Virus record (IMG/VR): IMGVR_UViG_3300047678_000239
Location: 33,159-97,158 of that record
DNA: 64,000 bases
Origin: a virus
Direction: 5' to 3' (one strand)
In this document: in pieces, positions 9,601 to 17,884 of the stretch
Layout of the letters: the number at the start of each line of letters is the position of its first letter
How positions within the stretch are numbered: position 1 is the stretch's first letter
Notes under the pieces: generated by a model
Databases searched by the model: none
What the model was told of the DNA's origin: nothing
The model's input: the letters and a program-made list of their open reading frames with translations, nothing else
Made by a program: the position numbers and the translations under genes

Positions 9601-10201
9601 ACGAAATGTTTACCGACGATGAAATTGAACTTACGTTAAACGTTATTGAAGCTAAAGACTGAGAAATCGATGAGGATAAAATCGTATTAGCTGTAGAAAA
9701 CGAAGATGATAGAAGTTCATTAGCCGAAGAAAACGAAGAAGAATTTCCGGTGAACGTCGATGAAAACGACGATGAGACAGCCTCCACAGTCGTTACCAAG
9801 GACGAAGACACATTTTGAATCGAAGAATTAAACGACTGAGTGGCAAAATTCAACGACGCTGACGTAGCGTTTATAGAAGAGTAAACATTGGCAAGGTTTG
9901 TTGTAAACGATGCTGAAGTTGATACAAAGCTAGCAGATATTAATGCCGTGGCAAATTGAATATTTTGATTTGACGAAGACAACGCTTCTACCGAACCAGT
10001 CAATGCTGCAATTGAGCTGGTCATTGCGTTTATCAAAGGAACATTTACTGTGTATGGGAGACTTGTCCAGGTTCTAACTCCATCACCGAATTTTATGTTC
10101 TGTGTGTCGGTTTCAATACCTTGTTCTCCAAGACGCAATATCGGATTGACAAAAATCCATTCTGCTGCTGTTCCTCTACGAACTTGAATTGTCATTCCCA
10201 T
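3602..10201 (-). CDS. giant tail fibre / host-specificity protein (Mtd_N-like N-terminus, S/T-rich coiled coil, DUF1983/J-like block, Pro-Thr linker, Ig/SprB-like C-terminus)
   Basis: IQVRRGTAAEW..NPIL..GE.GIETDT..IKFGDG; about 1700 aa of 11- and 18-residue S-x-S repeats; YVLNVTAGNRVAGF...FVIQVDKFQI...APFTVDGAGVYMDQAYI; (PT)n; GVAPYTYLW. Confidence 0.8.
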   Translation of the reverse strand: MGMTIQVRRGTAAEWIFVNPILRLGEQGIETDTQNIKFGDGVRTWTSLPYTVNVPLINAMTSSIAALTGSVEALSSSNQNIQFATALISASFVSTSASFTTNLANVYSSINATSASLNFATQSFNSSIQNVSSSLVTTVEAVSSSFSSTFTGNSSSFSSANELLSSSFSTANTILSSSISQSLASITFNVSSISSSVNISLASLSSSLTVTNSAISSSTSAAVTSLSASDSTARTSLSSSLTATSLAVSSSTSIASTAISSSLSSVSINSTETSASLVTISSSLATGLSVLGAAAGASASLLTTVSSSLTAITTTTSSSLSIVSSSLSRLSGSVIIQSSSLLNQSASISTVQGTIITNSSSFAGRADSISATTTTTSASLAASMTTMQGVFTTQSASLALQITLLSGSFSTNSGSIETQVLNIQQQLTDTSSSLASQFNNLSSRVTTDSSSLAASITSTNSTQTTFSQSMALKTDNINSSYLAASASLSSSVGSLTTTITNNSSSIAAVFTSLNSSYLAASSSLSSSVGSLITTDTNNSSSMALRVTTLNSSYTTASSSFSSSIGSLSTTITTNSASVALVVSNLNTSYTAASSSFSSSIGSLTTSVTTNSSSIALVVSNLNSSYLAASSSLSSSINTLSSTIATNSSSAAIVVTSLNSSFTAASSSFSSSIGNLSTTVTTNSSSIASVFTSLNSSYQAASSSFSSSIGTLATTDTNNSSSMAARVTTLNSSYVAASASFSSSVGSLTTTITTNSASVALTVTNLNSSYVAASASFSSSVGSLTTTITNNSSSIAAVVSNLNSSYTTASSSFSSSIGGLSTAISTNSSSIALSVTTLNSSYLASSSSFSSSIGNLSTTISTNSSSIALRVSTLSASYIGLDSASISANITNVQLAQTTASSSLAGRIDTLSSTQTTNSSSLAASITTVSLAATTASSSAASRLDGVASTATSNSSSLAASIVTTNTTLTITSSSLATRITSTSGSLVNASSSLAASIVSLSSTVITNSSSVAVREDSLASSIALASSSLSSSIGVTQGTITTVSQSFAVSETALRSSVTANSSSAAAVITTLQATVTTNSSSAATRLDTLASSITTASSSLAASITTTQGTVVSNSSSLAQSISTLSSSTAIASASFVSSIISVQGSLTTTSSSLAGRVDSLSASTTSASASLAASIVTTQAAATTLSSSVSTRITTLSANAISDSSSFSSLITTQAGTIASNSSSAATVATTLSASVVTNSSSLAASITTVNSAVVTNSASFTTTVNALTSTVNNNAATVSTLNSTVTTNSSSAAARMDTISSNVTTNSSSLAASITTVSLAATTASSSAAGRLDSISATYTSGSASLAASIVTTQGTITTVSQSFATSETAIRSTATSNSSSFSSAITTTNTTATSTSQSLAGRIDTLSSTVVTNSASFSSSLAITNATVTNVSSSFAVSETAIRSAATTNSASFSSALTTTNSTVVSNSSSAALRMDVISSTYTSGSASLASSIVTTQGTITTVSQSFSTSETALRSSVTTNSSSFSSNLTSTNVTVASNSSSLAGTITTVSASATTASASLAAGIVTANSTIISNSASFAVSETAIRSTATSNSSSLAASIVTLGATVTSNSSSFAISETAIRSSVTTNSSSFSSAITSTNSTISSNSSSFATTITSLSSTVNNNSASMATIANTVVSNSSSAATRMDTINSSVVNNSSSFSSTFTTLKGTVTTNSSSEASRMDTMTATATSNSSSLASTITTLQGTVVSNSSSAAQSISTVSAVANNASASVSVTSTAVATLSGSVASEYVLNVTAGNRVAGFRLTNAGGAGSASAFVIQVDKFQIVNASGTQNTAPFTVDGAGVYMDQAYIRNIDASKINAGTVNVSLVLNAATINAGNVFGSAINGGQLVVTNGGNVNLAYSNFEQNPTGSVDQGGIGFEIGGLQTSYTQFPTWIDFHSTNRLLDGESRILRRAGKDGHFDFIQSGTGSFRFYSNSAFSSSGVFSGSVERFRITTTGVSIDGGTTLIGSNSTGNRFISTSAPSGGSDGDIWYQYSVVPATPTPTPTATPTPTPTPGAPTPTPTPTPTSTPGPTPTPTPTPTPTPTPTPTPVPLSVTLNQSSLFAGCYTAGGYCENDTASVTATPHNGVAPYTYLWTGPAVSPTSATTKFRVGISCRDDYTIPVEVTVTDANNNIATVGIDIIVQDSYNGLCL
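3909..4066. repeat. 6-bp degenerate tandem repeat encoding a Pro-Thr linker
   Basis: (GGNGTN)n on the + strand. Confidence 0.9.
4900..9900. repeat. degenerate 54/108-bp coding repeats (18/36-aa coiled-coil units)
   Basis: Units such as SSSLAASITTVSLAATTA; near-identical DNA copies at ~6213-6284 and ~7389-7460, and at ~7831-7873 and ~8695-8737. Confidence 0.8.
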
Positions 10202-11805
10202 TATGGGGTTCCTCCGTCAATTAAAATATCTCCGATAACAGTTCCTACCAACTGCTCTGTCCATCCTTGAGGGTCGGCATATAAATGAGTTTTGATGGGT
10301 TCTGCACAATAACTTCCAACCGAATCAAATAATTCTCCTATTATTTCAATTTTTTCATTTTGAAGAAGTGGAGTAAATGGAATATCAACGATAAAAGAAT
10401 CCAATGCGTAATTAATGTCCTTGTAGGCCTTCATAGAAACGTTTGCTATAGCAATTGTATTGATTCTCTTTGGAACAATAATCACTGTTCCAAACATTGT
10501 TTTATTTGCGTAAAATTTGTTGATATAAGTTCCGTTATATGTAGTTGCTGTATCCTTGTCTAGTTCGCCAAGAAGTAATTTTTGAGTAGACCCCTGTATA
10601 GTCGTGGTCACAAAATATATCGAAACTTTGTAATCAGAGTCTATTGGTTTGATGTTTGCCCAATCGATAGAAAATTGATACAAGGTGTTCTTCAAAAGTT
10701 TCAGAGGATTGCTGTTTAATATGGCTCCGTTGTTCACAACTTCGATTGAGCTCGTATATGGCAACAATCTTGGGCTAGCAACTGAACAACTATAATACGT
10801 ATTTGGTTCTTTTTCAAAGTTTGGAAATAGCTGTGGAGAAGTATACCAGGCGGAGCTTGTTATGTAGGTGTTTGGAACGTATGTGGAATTTCGTCCAACT
10901 TCTCCAGAATTTTCTTTATAGATGACGTAGGCAGTCTCCGAATCATTTGCAGCACCGGCCGTGTTCAATGTTATTGAATCAATCAATATGGTTGGTGTGT
11001 GGGTATAAGTTAATCCACTTGACGCTAGCCAATAGGTTTGAGCGTGTAAGGATGTATAAAACTTTCCACCATTGATGAAATCTACATTTGCGTTGTTTGT
11101 CAAAAACAACTCTTTTGGTTCAACCCTTCCTGTAGCCATTGTAACAAAACTTTCAGGAGTATTTGAACTCCTCTTCAATATCCTGAATGTGTCGGGAGAA
11201 GAAGACACCTTTAGATTTTTGAAAGTTAGGGATACCAGCGAACTAACTCTCAACGAATTGGTCATTAACGATGTATCAATTCTTGGAGAATGAACTATCT
11301 CATAAGAACCGTTCTTAATATTCGTAACATAATACTCTTCAAAATTTTCAAAATATGGAGAGTCTTCCCTCTTAGCTCCAGTTTCCAGAGAAACATTTGA
11401 AATTACAATTGGTTTGTCAATTCTTAATGAAGTAGATGTGTTTACTTCTTTGATTTTTGCAATAAAATCTGTGTTTGTTGTTCCAACAAACGTGCTTGAT
11501 TTTCCATTTTTACTTGCATAAGAAAGAGAATCAATATCAAGATTGGAAAAACGAATCAACGCTCCAACCATTGAGGACGAAAAAGAAGCACCTGATTTAG
11601 AGAAAATCGAATATTCAGTGTTGGCCGGCGCTGAACTTATTTTAGTTCCGTGTGTTGGATTCACCGCAACACCATAAAAACTTCCAGACTCAAGTTTATT
11701 GCCGCACAACGGTCTGTGCATCAATGAATAGATTCTCGACTCAACCGATAGTTCGGGAGGGTCAAAAATGCTTATGCTGGATTGAATTTCACCTATATTT
11801 GCCAT
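10201..11805 (-). CDS. putative virion (tail) structural protein
   Basis: 534 aa, beta-rich, ends IDGGTP; TAATG overlap with the fibre gene; late motif at 11823-11830. Confidence 0.55.
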   Translation of the reverse strand: MANIGEIQSSISIFDPPELSVESRIYSLMHRPLCGNKLESGSFYGVAVNPTHGTKISSAPANTEYSIFSKSGASFSSSMVGALIRFSNLDIDSLSYASKNGKSSTFVGTTNTDFIAKIKEVNTSTSLRIDKPIVISNVSLETGAKREDSPYFENFEEYYVTNIKNGSYEIVHSPRIDTSLMTNSLRVSSLVSLTFKNLKVSSSPDTFRILKRSSNTPESFVTMATGRVEPKELFLTNNANVDFINGGKFYTSLHAQTYWLASSGLTYTHTPTILIDSITLNTAGAANDSETAYVIYKENSGEVGRNSTYVPNTYITSSAWYTSPQLFPNFEKEPNTYYSCSVASPRLLPYTSSIEVVNNGAILNSNPLKLLKNTLYQFSIDWANIKPIDSDYKVSIYFVTTTIQGSTQKLLLGELDKDTATTYNGTYINKFYANKTMFGTVIIVPKRINTIAIANVSMKAYKDINYALDSFIVDIPFTPLLQNEKIEIIGELFDSVGSYCAEPIKTHLYADPQGWTEQLVGTVIGDILIDGGTP

Positions 11806-11884
11806 AGTATATACTACTATGGTATAAATATCGGTTACTTTGAGTTATCAATCTTGGAGAATCCGTTTTCCTTGGTAATCTATA

Positions 11885-12611
11885 TCAATACTCTTTTAGT
11901 TCTCCAGACTTTTCATTATACCGCAAAAATTTGCATTTTAGCAAAGATTTTATATTGTCCATTCGTTTCACATCTTTTTGTCTCAACTCATTTCTAACAT
12001 AATGTCTGGGTTCATCATATTCTACAACAATATTTTTGATTGGCTCGTAGTAATCAAGCGAATATCCAAACTCTGTCAAGACATATTGAATTCCATTTTT
12101 TCCATAAAAAATTCCATTCCAATCAAACTCCATTTCCATTTTAGTAAAATATTCGGATTCATTTTTTACCAACGTTAGCTCCACCTTTCAACAAGGCTCG
12201 AGTTAATGCAGCCTTTCTCATCTTTATTTTACTTTTTTCTGAATGATTTTTGCCATAGAAAGGATTGTCTTCTCCGCATCTATAAATTCCAAACATTCCA
12301 TTTCCTTTTCCCGACATCTTCTTTTTTGTTCCGTCTGAATGTTTTCTTCCCAATTGGGAACGTGACATTCTTCGCTTAGTTTCAATTGATGGTATTCTTC
12401 CAGAATTAACACCTATAGACGCACATTTTTTGCATTTAGTATTCTTTCTTATTGCTCGAAGATAATCAATATAATATTTGTAATCAACAACCGACTGGCA
12501 CCTAGCACATTTTCTTTTTTCTAAATTTCCAATATCGCTGCATTCTATCTTCGCAAATTTTTTTCCTGTTTCTATCATAATATGCTTTAGATTTTCTTCT
12601 GTTACATTCAT
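11885..12611 (-). pseudogene. homing endonuclease-like gene (CxxC + NUMOD3 + DUF559/Vsr-like PD-(D/E)xK), frameshifted
   Basis: HSDGTKKKMS and NPFYGKNHSEKSKIKMR in the 5' ORF; YSLDYY...NIVVEYDEPRHY in the 3' ORF; removing one A from the A6 run at ~12162-12167 joins them. Confidence 0.7.
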
Positions 12612-12651
12612 TTCTTTCTTCCTTTGTATGATATAATTTTTTTCTTCCCAT
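12502..12651 (-). CDS. small basic protein overlapping the endonuclease start
   Basis: MGRKKLYHTKEERNECNRRKSKAYYDRN...; GGAGG Shine-Dalgarno upstream. Confidence 0.5.
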   Translation of the reverse strand: MGRKKLYHTKEERNECNRRKSKAYYDRNRKKICEDRMQRYWKFRKKKMC

Positions 12652-12699
12652 GTTTCCTCCTTTATAAGTATAAATGTAATAACATAAAAGTAACGACAA

Positions 12700-15600
12700 T
12701 CAAATATTTATGTAAGAAAATCCGTCTTTTTTTGTTATTTCTAGTTGCTTTCCAACCATGTCTCTCATCACATCCAAGTGACTTATTATAATAACAAACT
12801 CAAAGGTTGTTTTCATGTAACTGAAAAAGGCGGCCATCATTGGCATATTAGTGGAATCCAATGCCGACATCCCTTCATCTATCACCATGAAGTTCGCTCT
12901 CGGTAGATTGCTTACGTTAATAAGAGCAACTCTTAAAGCTAACGAAGCAATAAATTTTTCCATACCTGAACACAATTCAAGAGGCCATTTCTTATCTTCG
13001 TAATTGATATATACGTTAACGTTCTTTCCGTCCGTTTCAATTGACATTCCAAAGTCTACAATTTGAGTCAATATGTTATTGACTTCGACTTCAATCTGAG
13101 GAATTACATCTGAAATAATTTGATAAGGAATGCCGTTTGGTCCAATTGCCTGAGAATAATATTCAAACGCGGAGAACTCATTTTCAAATAATTCAATTTC
13201 TTCAATTCGTGTTTTGATTGTTTGAATTTGGTCTGAAATTGAAGTCATTCTCGCATAATCCTTAATATATTCGTCTTCCATTTTCTTCAATACAATTGTC
13301 TTGTTCTTTAGCTCCTGATTCAAGGATTCCAATGTCAAGCGAACCGACTTGTTTACTTCGATGATTTCTTTAGATTTCTCATACAGTTCTATATCAGATT
13401 CAATTTCAGAAATTCTTGCTTTGGATTTTTCAATGGATGAAACCAAGCTGTTGAGTTTCAATTCTCTGGTGGACAGCTTATTTTCCAACACAGGCAGTTC
13501 AGCAACCAACTGGTCACGAGAAATTTTCTTCTGTCTAAACGGTTCTAATTCGGCTAATCTTACCTTGTATTCGGAAATAGATTCAATAAGCTTCTTAGCG
13601 GATTCTTTATCAGCGTTCAAACTCTCTCTCGTGGAGATAGCATCTTTAACGAAAATGTTGTCCATACAATATGAGCAATTTGGGTCATATTGATGTTTAT
13701 CGAGGTGCTCCAATTTTTTTATCTTTTCTTGGACGAGAGTCTTCAATTTCTCCATACCACGGTCAGCCTTATCCTTCATGGATAATATACTGTTTGCCTC
13801 AGCTTCTTTTTCATCAAGATTTTCCGAATTATAACCTGTTACGGAATCTTTTCTATCTTGAATCATGGATTTTAAATCGGGAATCTCAGAGCGTATTGAT
13901 TCGGACAATGCCTCATTTTGCTTAATTGTTTTTGTGAGAGTTTCTTTCTCACTGTTCAACGATTCTACATTGGCAGGAACACTCACCAAATTGACAATCT
14001 TCTTTGATTCTTCGTTGATAAGATTGGTGGTGGTTGACAACGAATCTTTTGTAGTAGTAATACTCTTCGTCAAATCAGCAAGTTTCCCTTGAAGCATGTC
14101 AATTTCATTAGCCATATCGGCTGATTTCTTTGTATTGTCTTCTTTATTGAAAGCTTTAATTGCTCCTGAAATTTCTTTGATTCTATCAGAAGAAATGAGG
14201 GCCAATTTTTCAAATAAATTCAATCCGATGAACTGTGATAGAAGTTCTTTTCTTTCCGATTGGCCCATGTCGATAAACGACCCACCGTTACCTTGAAGTG
14301 AGAGAGTGGTCAAAATAAAATCATCATAGGTTCCAACATAATCACGAATGATTTCGTTTGTGCTCCTACGAGCTTCAGCGTTAAGAGGAACCTTTTCGTC
14401 TTTTTCCATCTTGTAAAAATTAACCTCAACTTTTACATTTCCCTTCTTATCTCTGGCGCCACTTCTTTCGATAAAATAATCAACGCCATTAATTTCAAAA
14501 TTGAACTTACAACTGAAAGACATTTTTTCGGAGTTGATTATCTGAGATGCCTTAAAGGCTCTGGCAGACTTGTCAAAGATACAAAAACTCAAAGCATCCA
14601 TCAAAGATGATTTTCCACTTGCGTTTGAAGCAAATACTCCGTAAACATCGTTGAGTTTGGTAAAGTCAATTACGTTATTTTCACCATATGAGAACATGTT
14701 TGAGAATTCAAACTTCTTAGGCTTCCAACGAATATTTTTGCTCTGGTCATCCTTACTCAAATTGTCATTAAGCGTTTTGTTAATGTCAACGATGGCGTCC
14801 AAGGTAGATTCATCAATTTCTGGATATTTTTCTTTCAAGAAATCCAGTATCAAAGTGTTCTGATAATCTACATTACTTATTTGTGTCAGATTGGCAATCG
14901 ACTGAGAACTTGCTTTCTTTTGTTGAGAATCTGAGTCAACACGAACATATACCAAATCGGTTATGTCGCAGATTTTTCTTATCTCCGTCACAATCTGCTT
15001 AACCTCTGTGGCAACAGTTCCTTTGCATCTTACTCGAAGCTTTGGCTTAGCTGGAATATTGGATATGTCTGTAATCAACTTTCCATCTTCAACATCGATT
15101 GTATAATAACAATAATCGTTAGGAACTTCAACGTGAATATGTTTTCTAGTATCAACATTCCACACCGTATAACCATGTCCTTCCAAATTCTCTCCGTGAT
15201 TCTGCATAATCATAGAACCAGCGTATCGAATAATTGGCTTGTTATCTGCCGGACTGTATTTTTGTAAATCTTGTATTAAATGAATGTCGCCCAACATCGC
15301 AATGTCGTGGCCATCGAACAATGAGGTAGTGATTGTGCGATTGTTGATTTTATACCCAATCTCAGTTTCTGCATCGTGAACTGGACCGTGAAATAAGGCG
15401 ACCGTGCAATTGTATTTGTTTTTGACGCTCTTAACAACGTCCTTCATCGCCAAATATTTTGTCGAATCATCAAACACGCTCATGTTGTTTATGAGTATGT
15501 TGCCAGCTCCATATAACTTGGATTCTTTCAAATAGAACAAATTTTTGTGAGCCAAATTGTTTACAATTGGAGACAAACTATCGAGTCTCTGTGAATTGGT

Positions 15601-15903
15601 AAGAAGACAGTCATGGTTTCCGGCAATCAAAATTGTCGGTCTGAGGTCTGCCAGTGACTTCAAAAATTCGCTAGCGATTTGAATTGCTTCTGGGCTCAAG
15701 TCAACCTTGGAGTGGAAAGTATCTCCCGTATTGATGATGACGGTATTTGGCGGAGTCTTTTTGATTCCCTCATAAACTTTTTGAAACGCCTCACGATATT
15801 CCTCATGTCTTTTCGTAAGGCGGATGTGAACATCTGATAGATGCACCACACACTTAACCGTGTCAAATCCAATATCTAATTTTTCGACTGTATCAATTTC
15901 CAT
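12700..15903 (-). CDS. fused SbcD/Mre11 nuclease - SbcC/Rad50 ATPase (gp47-gp46-like)
   Basis: SDVH, TGD, GNHD, GDIH phosphoesterase motifs; Walker A ASNASGKSS, zinc hook CSYC, signature LCSGME, Walker B VIDEG, ISH. Confidence 0.9.
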   Translation of the reverse strand: MEIDTVEKLDIGFDTVKCVVHLSDVHIRLTKRHEEYREAFQKVYEGIKKTPPNTVIINTGDTFHSKVDLSPEAIQIASEFLKSLADLRPTILIAGNHDCLLTNSQRLDSLSPIVNNLAHKNLFYLKESKLYGAGNILINNMSVFDDSTKYLAMKDVVKSVKNKYNCTVALFHGPVHDAETEIGYKINNRTITTSLFDGHDIAMLGDIHLIQDLQKYSPADNKPIIRYAGSMIMQNHGENLEGHGYTVWNVDTRKHIHVEVPNDYCYYTIDVEDGKLITDISNIPAKPKLRVRCKGTVATEVKQIVTEIRKICDITDLVYVRVDSDSQQKKASSQSIANLTQISNVDYQNTLILDFLKEKYPEIDESTLDAIVDINKTLNDNLSKDDQSKNIRWKPKKFEFSNMFSYGENNVIDFTKLNDVYGVFASNASGKSSLMDALSFCIFDKSARAFKASQIINSEKMSFSCKFNFEINGVDYFIERSGARDKKGNVKVEVNFYKMEKDEKVPLNAEARRSTNEIIRDYVGTYDDFILTTLSLQGNGGSFIDMGQSERKELLSQFIGLNLFEKLALISSDRIKEISGAIKAFNKEDNTKKSADMANEIDMLQGKLADLTKSITTTKDSLSTTTNLINEESKKIVNLVSVPANVESLNSEKETLTKTIKQNEALSESIRSEIPDLKSMIQDRKDSVTGYNSENLDEKEAEANSILSMKDKADRGMEKLKTLVQEKIKKLEHLDKHQYDPNCSYCMDNIFVKDAISTRESLNADKESAKKLIESISEYKVRLAELEPFRQKKISRDQLVAELPVLENKLSTRELKLNSLVSSIEKSKARISEIESDIELYEKSKEIIEVNKSVRLTLESLNQELKNKTIVLKKMEDEYIKDYARMTSISDQIQTIKTRIEEIELFENEFSAFEYYSQAIGPNGIPYQIISDVIPQIEVEVNNILTQIVDFGMSIETDGKNVNVYINYEDKKWPLELCSGMEKFIASLALRVALINVSNLPRANFMVIDEGMSALDSTNMPMMAAFFSYMKTTFEFVIIISHLDVMRDMVGKQLEITKKDGFSYINI

Positions 15904-15906
15904 GAT

Positions 15907-16842
15907 TTAGAATCCCAATCTTAATCTCATAATGCGGCTAAAGTCAAGATATTCCGTTTCTTTAATTGACTGAGTTATTTTTTGGAAACCCAACGAACCG
16001 GCGTCTTCGTCTCCCTTTATTTCAACCAATTTTGTCTTCAGCCCAATTGAAATAAGAAAATCTGCGATTTGAAGAGAATGTTTTATTGCATCCGGGTCGA
16101 GAATGATATTAACATCGGGCTTATGTTGAATTAACTCCGTCTTCAATTTTGTGCTTGGGTATGTTCCAAATAAAGGAATAACGTTTCTTTTCACCGATAT
16201 AGCATCCAAAGGCCCCTCGACCAAATTGATTGGGTAATGAAAATCCACCATATTCTCAAAACCGATTATGTCTCTTGGGGCATCGCAGTTATCATACTTC
16301 AAATACACATCATCATAATAGCTTCTTCCGGTAAAGAAATTAAGTTGATTGTTTTTATCATAAGAAGGAAAAATCAAACGATTTCTGTATCGACCTTCCG
16401 TGCAATAACCGATGTTGTGCTTCACTACATCAAATGGGGTTATGCCACGCTTTACGGCATAACGAATTGCTTCACGATATTCTCTTGAACCGTCATTGAT
16501 AGTCAAACTCTTGAATTCTTGAGGCAACGTTAAGACCTTCTCACTTTCTGTTGTTTCCTTTGGTCTATAAGATTCTTCCTTAATTCCAGTTTTTTCGAGC
16601 TCTTTAAAACTTGATTCCGGGGCATTGATTCTCTTTAAAAGATAACGAACACCATTTCCCTTTTCGTGACACACCCAACATTGCCACGGATACGGAGATT
16701 CCAAACAAATTTCCAACTTCCTTTTTCTGTGATTACAAAAAGGACAATGATACTGTAGATTATTACCCTTTCTCAGTCGCCCATTTTCTTTTAAAACCTT
16801 ATCTAGCAGGCCAGTGAGTTCGGATTGAACAAGAAGACTCAT
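15907..16842 (-). CDS. DNA primase (Zn finger + TOPRIM)
   Basis: CPFCNH...WQCWVC; RLIFPSY..FFTGR; VEGPLDA; LDPDA. Confidence 0.85.
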   Translation of the reverse strand: MSLLVQSELTGLLDKVLKENGRLRKGNNLQYHCPFCNHRKRKLEICLESPYPWQCWVCHEKGNGVRYLLKRINAPESSFKELEKTGIKEESYRPKETTESEKVLTLPQEFKSLTINDGSREYREAIRYAVKRGITPFDVVKHNIGYCTEGRYRNRLIFPSYDKNNQLNFFTGRSYYDDVYLKYDNCDAPRDIIGFENMVDFHYPINLVEGPLDAISVKRNVIPLFGTYPSTKLKTELIQHKPDVNIILDPDAIKHSLQIADFLISIGLKTKLVEIKGDEDAGSLGFQKITQSIKETEYLDFSRIMRLRLGF

Positions 16843-16973
16843 TTCCACGACGATACTTTATAACCACTTGACCGTCAACATAAAATAACTGTTATTATAA
16901 TGATAGTGCTTGATGGTTTGACCAATCACCAGTCAACCATACACTTCCACCATTTCAATCGTTCTAGAGACGA

Positions 16974-17483
16974 TTAAACCTTGCTCCACAAGGCAATTAC
17001 AACGGCGTCACGAACATCTTCCATTCGTTTATCTGGCTCGCCCTTCTTATTTTTAATTTCCCAAGGAGACAAATCATATAATTTGTCCATTTTCATTTTA
17101 ACAAATTCCTTTGGTTTGATTCCATCAAGTCGAGCCGCTCCCAGAACTTTTTTTCTAGCGGTTTGAGCTCCGACCAAATTTATCTTTCTTTTGAAATGGT
17201 CTTCCAAAGCGTATTCAAATACTGCGTTCCAACGAGCCAGCATAACAACAACGGTTCTACTCGATGGGCCAGCAAAACCGCTCAGAGAGCCTTCGAGATT
17301 TATATCCGCGACCTTTTCAATCAGAGGATTTTCTTGAAGTTTTCCAATGACATAAGCCGCTTTTTCACGGTTCCCTTCAATATCTTTTATATTGAAAAAA
17401 CCAGCATCCAATATCTCTTCATCTTCGGTGAAGGCGTATCCTACAGTGGTTGTGCTGGCATCTAATCCAAGATTCATATCCAA
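16974..17483 (-). CDS. RuvC-like Holliday junction resolvase
   Basis: LGLDASTTTVGYA, INLEG, ARK, DVRDAVVIA. Confidence 0.75.
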   Translation of the reverse strand: MDMNLGLDASTTTVGYAFTEDEEILDAGFFNIKDIEGNREKAAYVIGKLQENPLIEKVADINLEGSLSGFAGPSSRTVVVMLARWNAVFEYALEDHFKRKINLVGAQTARKKVLGAARLDGIKPKEFVKMKMDKLYDLSPWEIKNKKGEPDKRMEDVRDAVVIALWSKV

Positions 17484-17502
17484 TATATATGGACTAAAAA
17501 TC

Positions 17503-17853
17503 TCAACCCTTGTATTTTAGAACACTAATCTTGTATTGCTTTGCAGCGTAATCCAAAGCGCTTGGCTTAAAAGAAGACACGCCACGTTGTGCAAATGCAC
17601 GAAATTCGTTTTGAACCGTATTTCCTACGTCTATCAAATCGGATACTTTTGGTTTAGCTCCACCAGCATCTTTCGAACCCAACCCAAATCCCTTGGTGTT
17701 ATTATAACGAGCTGCCAAGTCGTTTGTTGGAGTATATGTTCCTCGCCCAGCGCGAGTGGCGGCACCCATTCCAAATTGTCCGCCCGCGGCGTAACGTTGC
17801 TCATCAGTCAAAGTGAGTGATGTTCTGTCGATTGGTTTTAGTGGGTCTGCCAT
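17503..17853 (-). CDS. hypothetical late protein
   Basis: 116 aa; AAGGAGA Shine-Dalgarno; late motif at 17872-17879. Confidence 0.65.
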   Translation of the reverse strand: MADPLKPIDRTSLTLTDEQRYAAGGQFGMGAATRAGRGTYTPTNDLAARYNNTKGFGLGSKDAGGAKPKVSDLIDVGNTVQNEFRAFAQRGVSSFKPSALDYAAKQYKISVLKYKG

Positions 17854-17884
17854 GATGTGTTATCTCCTTTCTATAAATATAATG

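Noticed and set aside
4768-9662. Many + strand V/E/D/A-rich ORFs
   Set aside because: They are antisense shadows of the Ser/Thr repeat codons of the fibre gene.
3602-10201. Diversity-generating retroelement suggested by the Mtd_N-like domain
   Set aside because: No reverse transcriptase and no adenine-specific TR/VR pair is visible; Mtd_N is only an anchor domain.
16913-16950. Imperfect hairpin ATGGTT-TGAC...GTCA-ACCAT between the RuvC-like and primase genes
   Set aside because: It is a single weak stem without a U-tract, which is not enough to call a feature.
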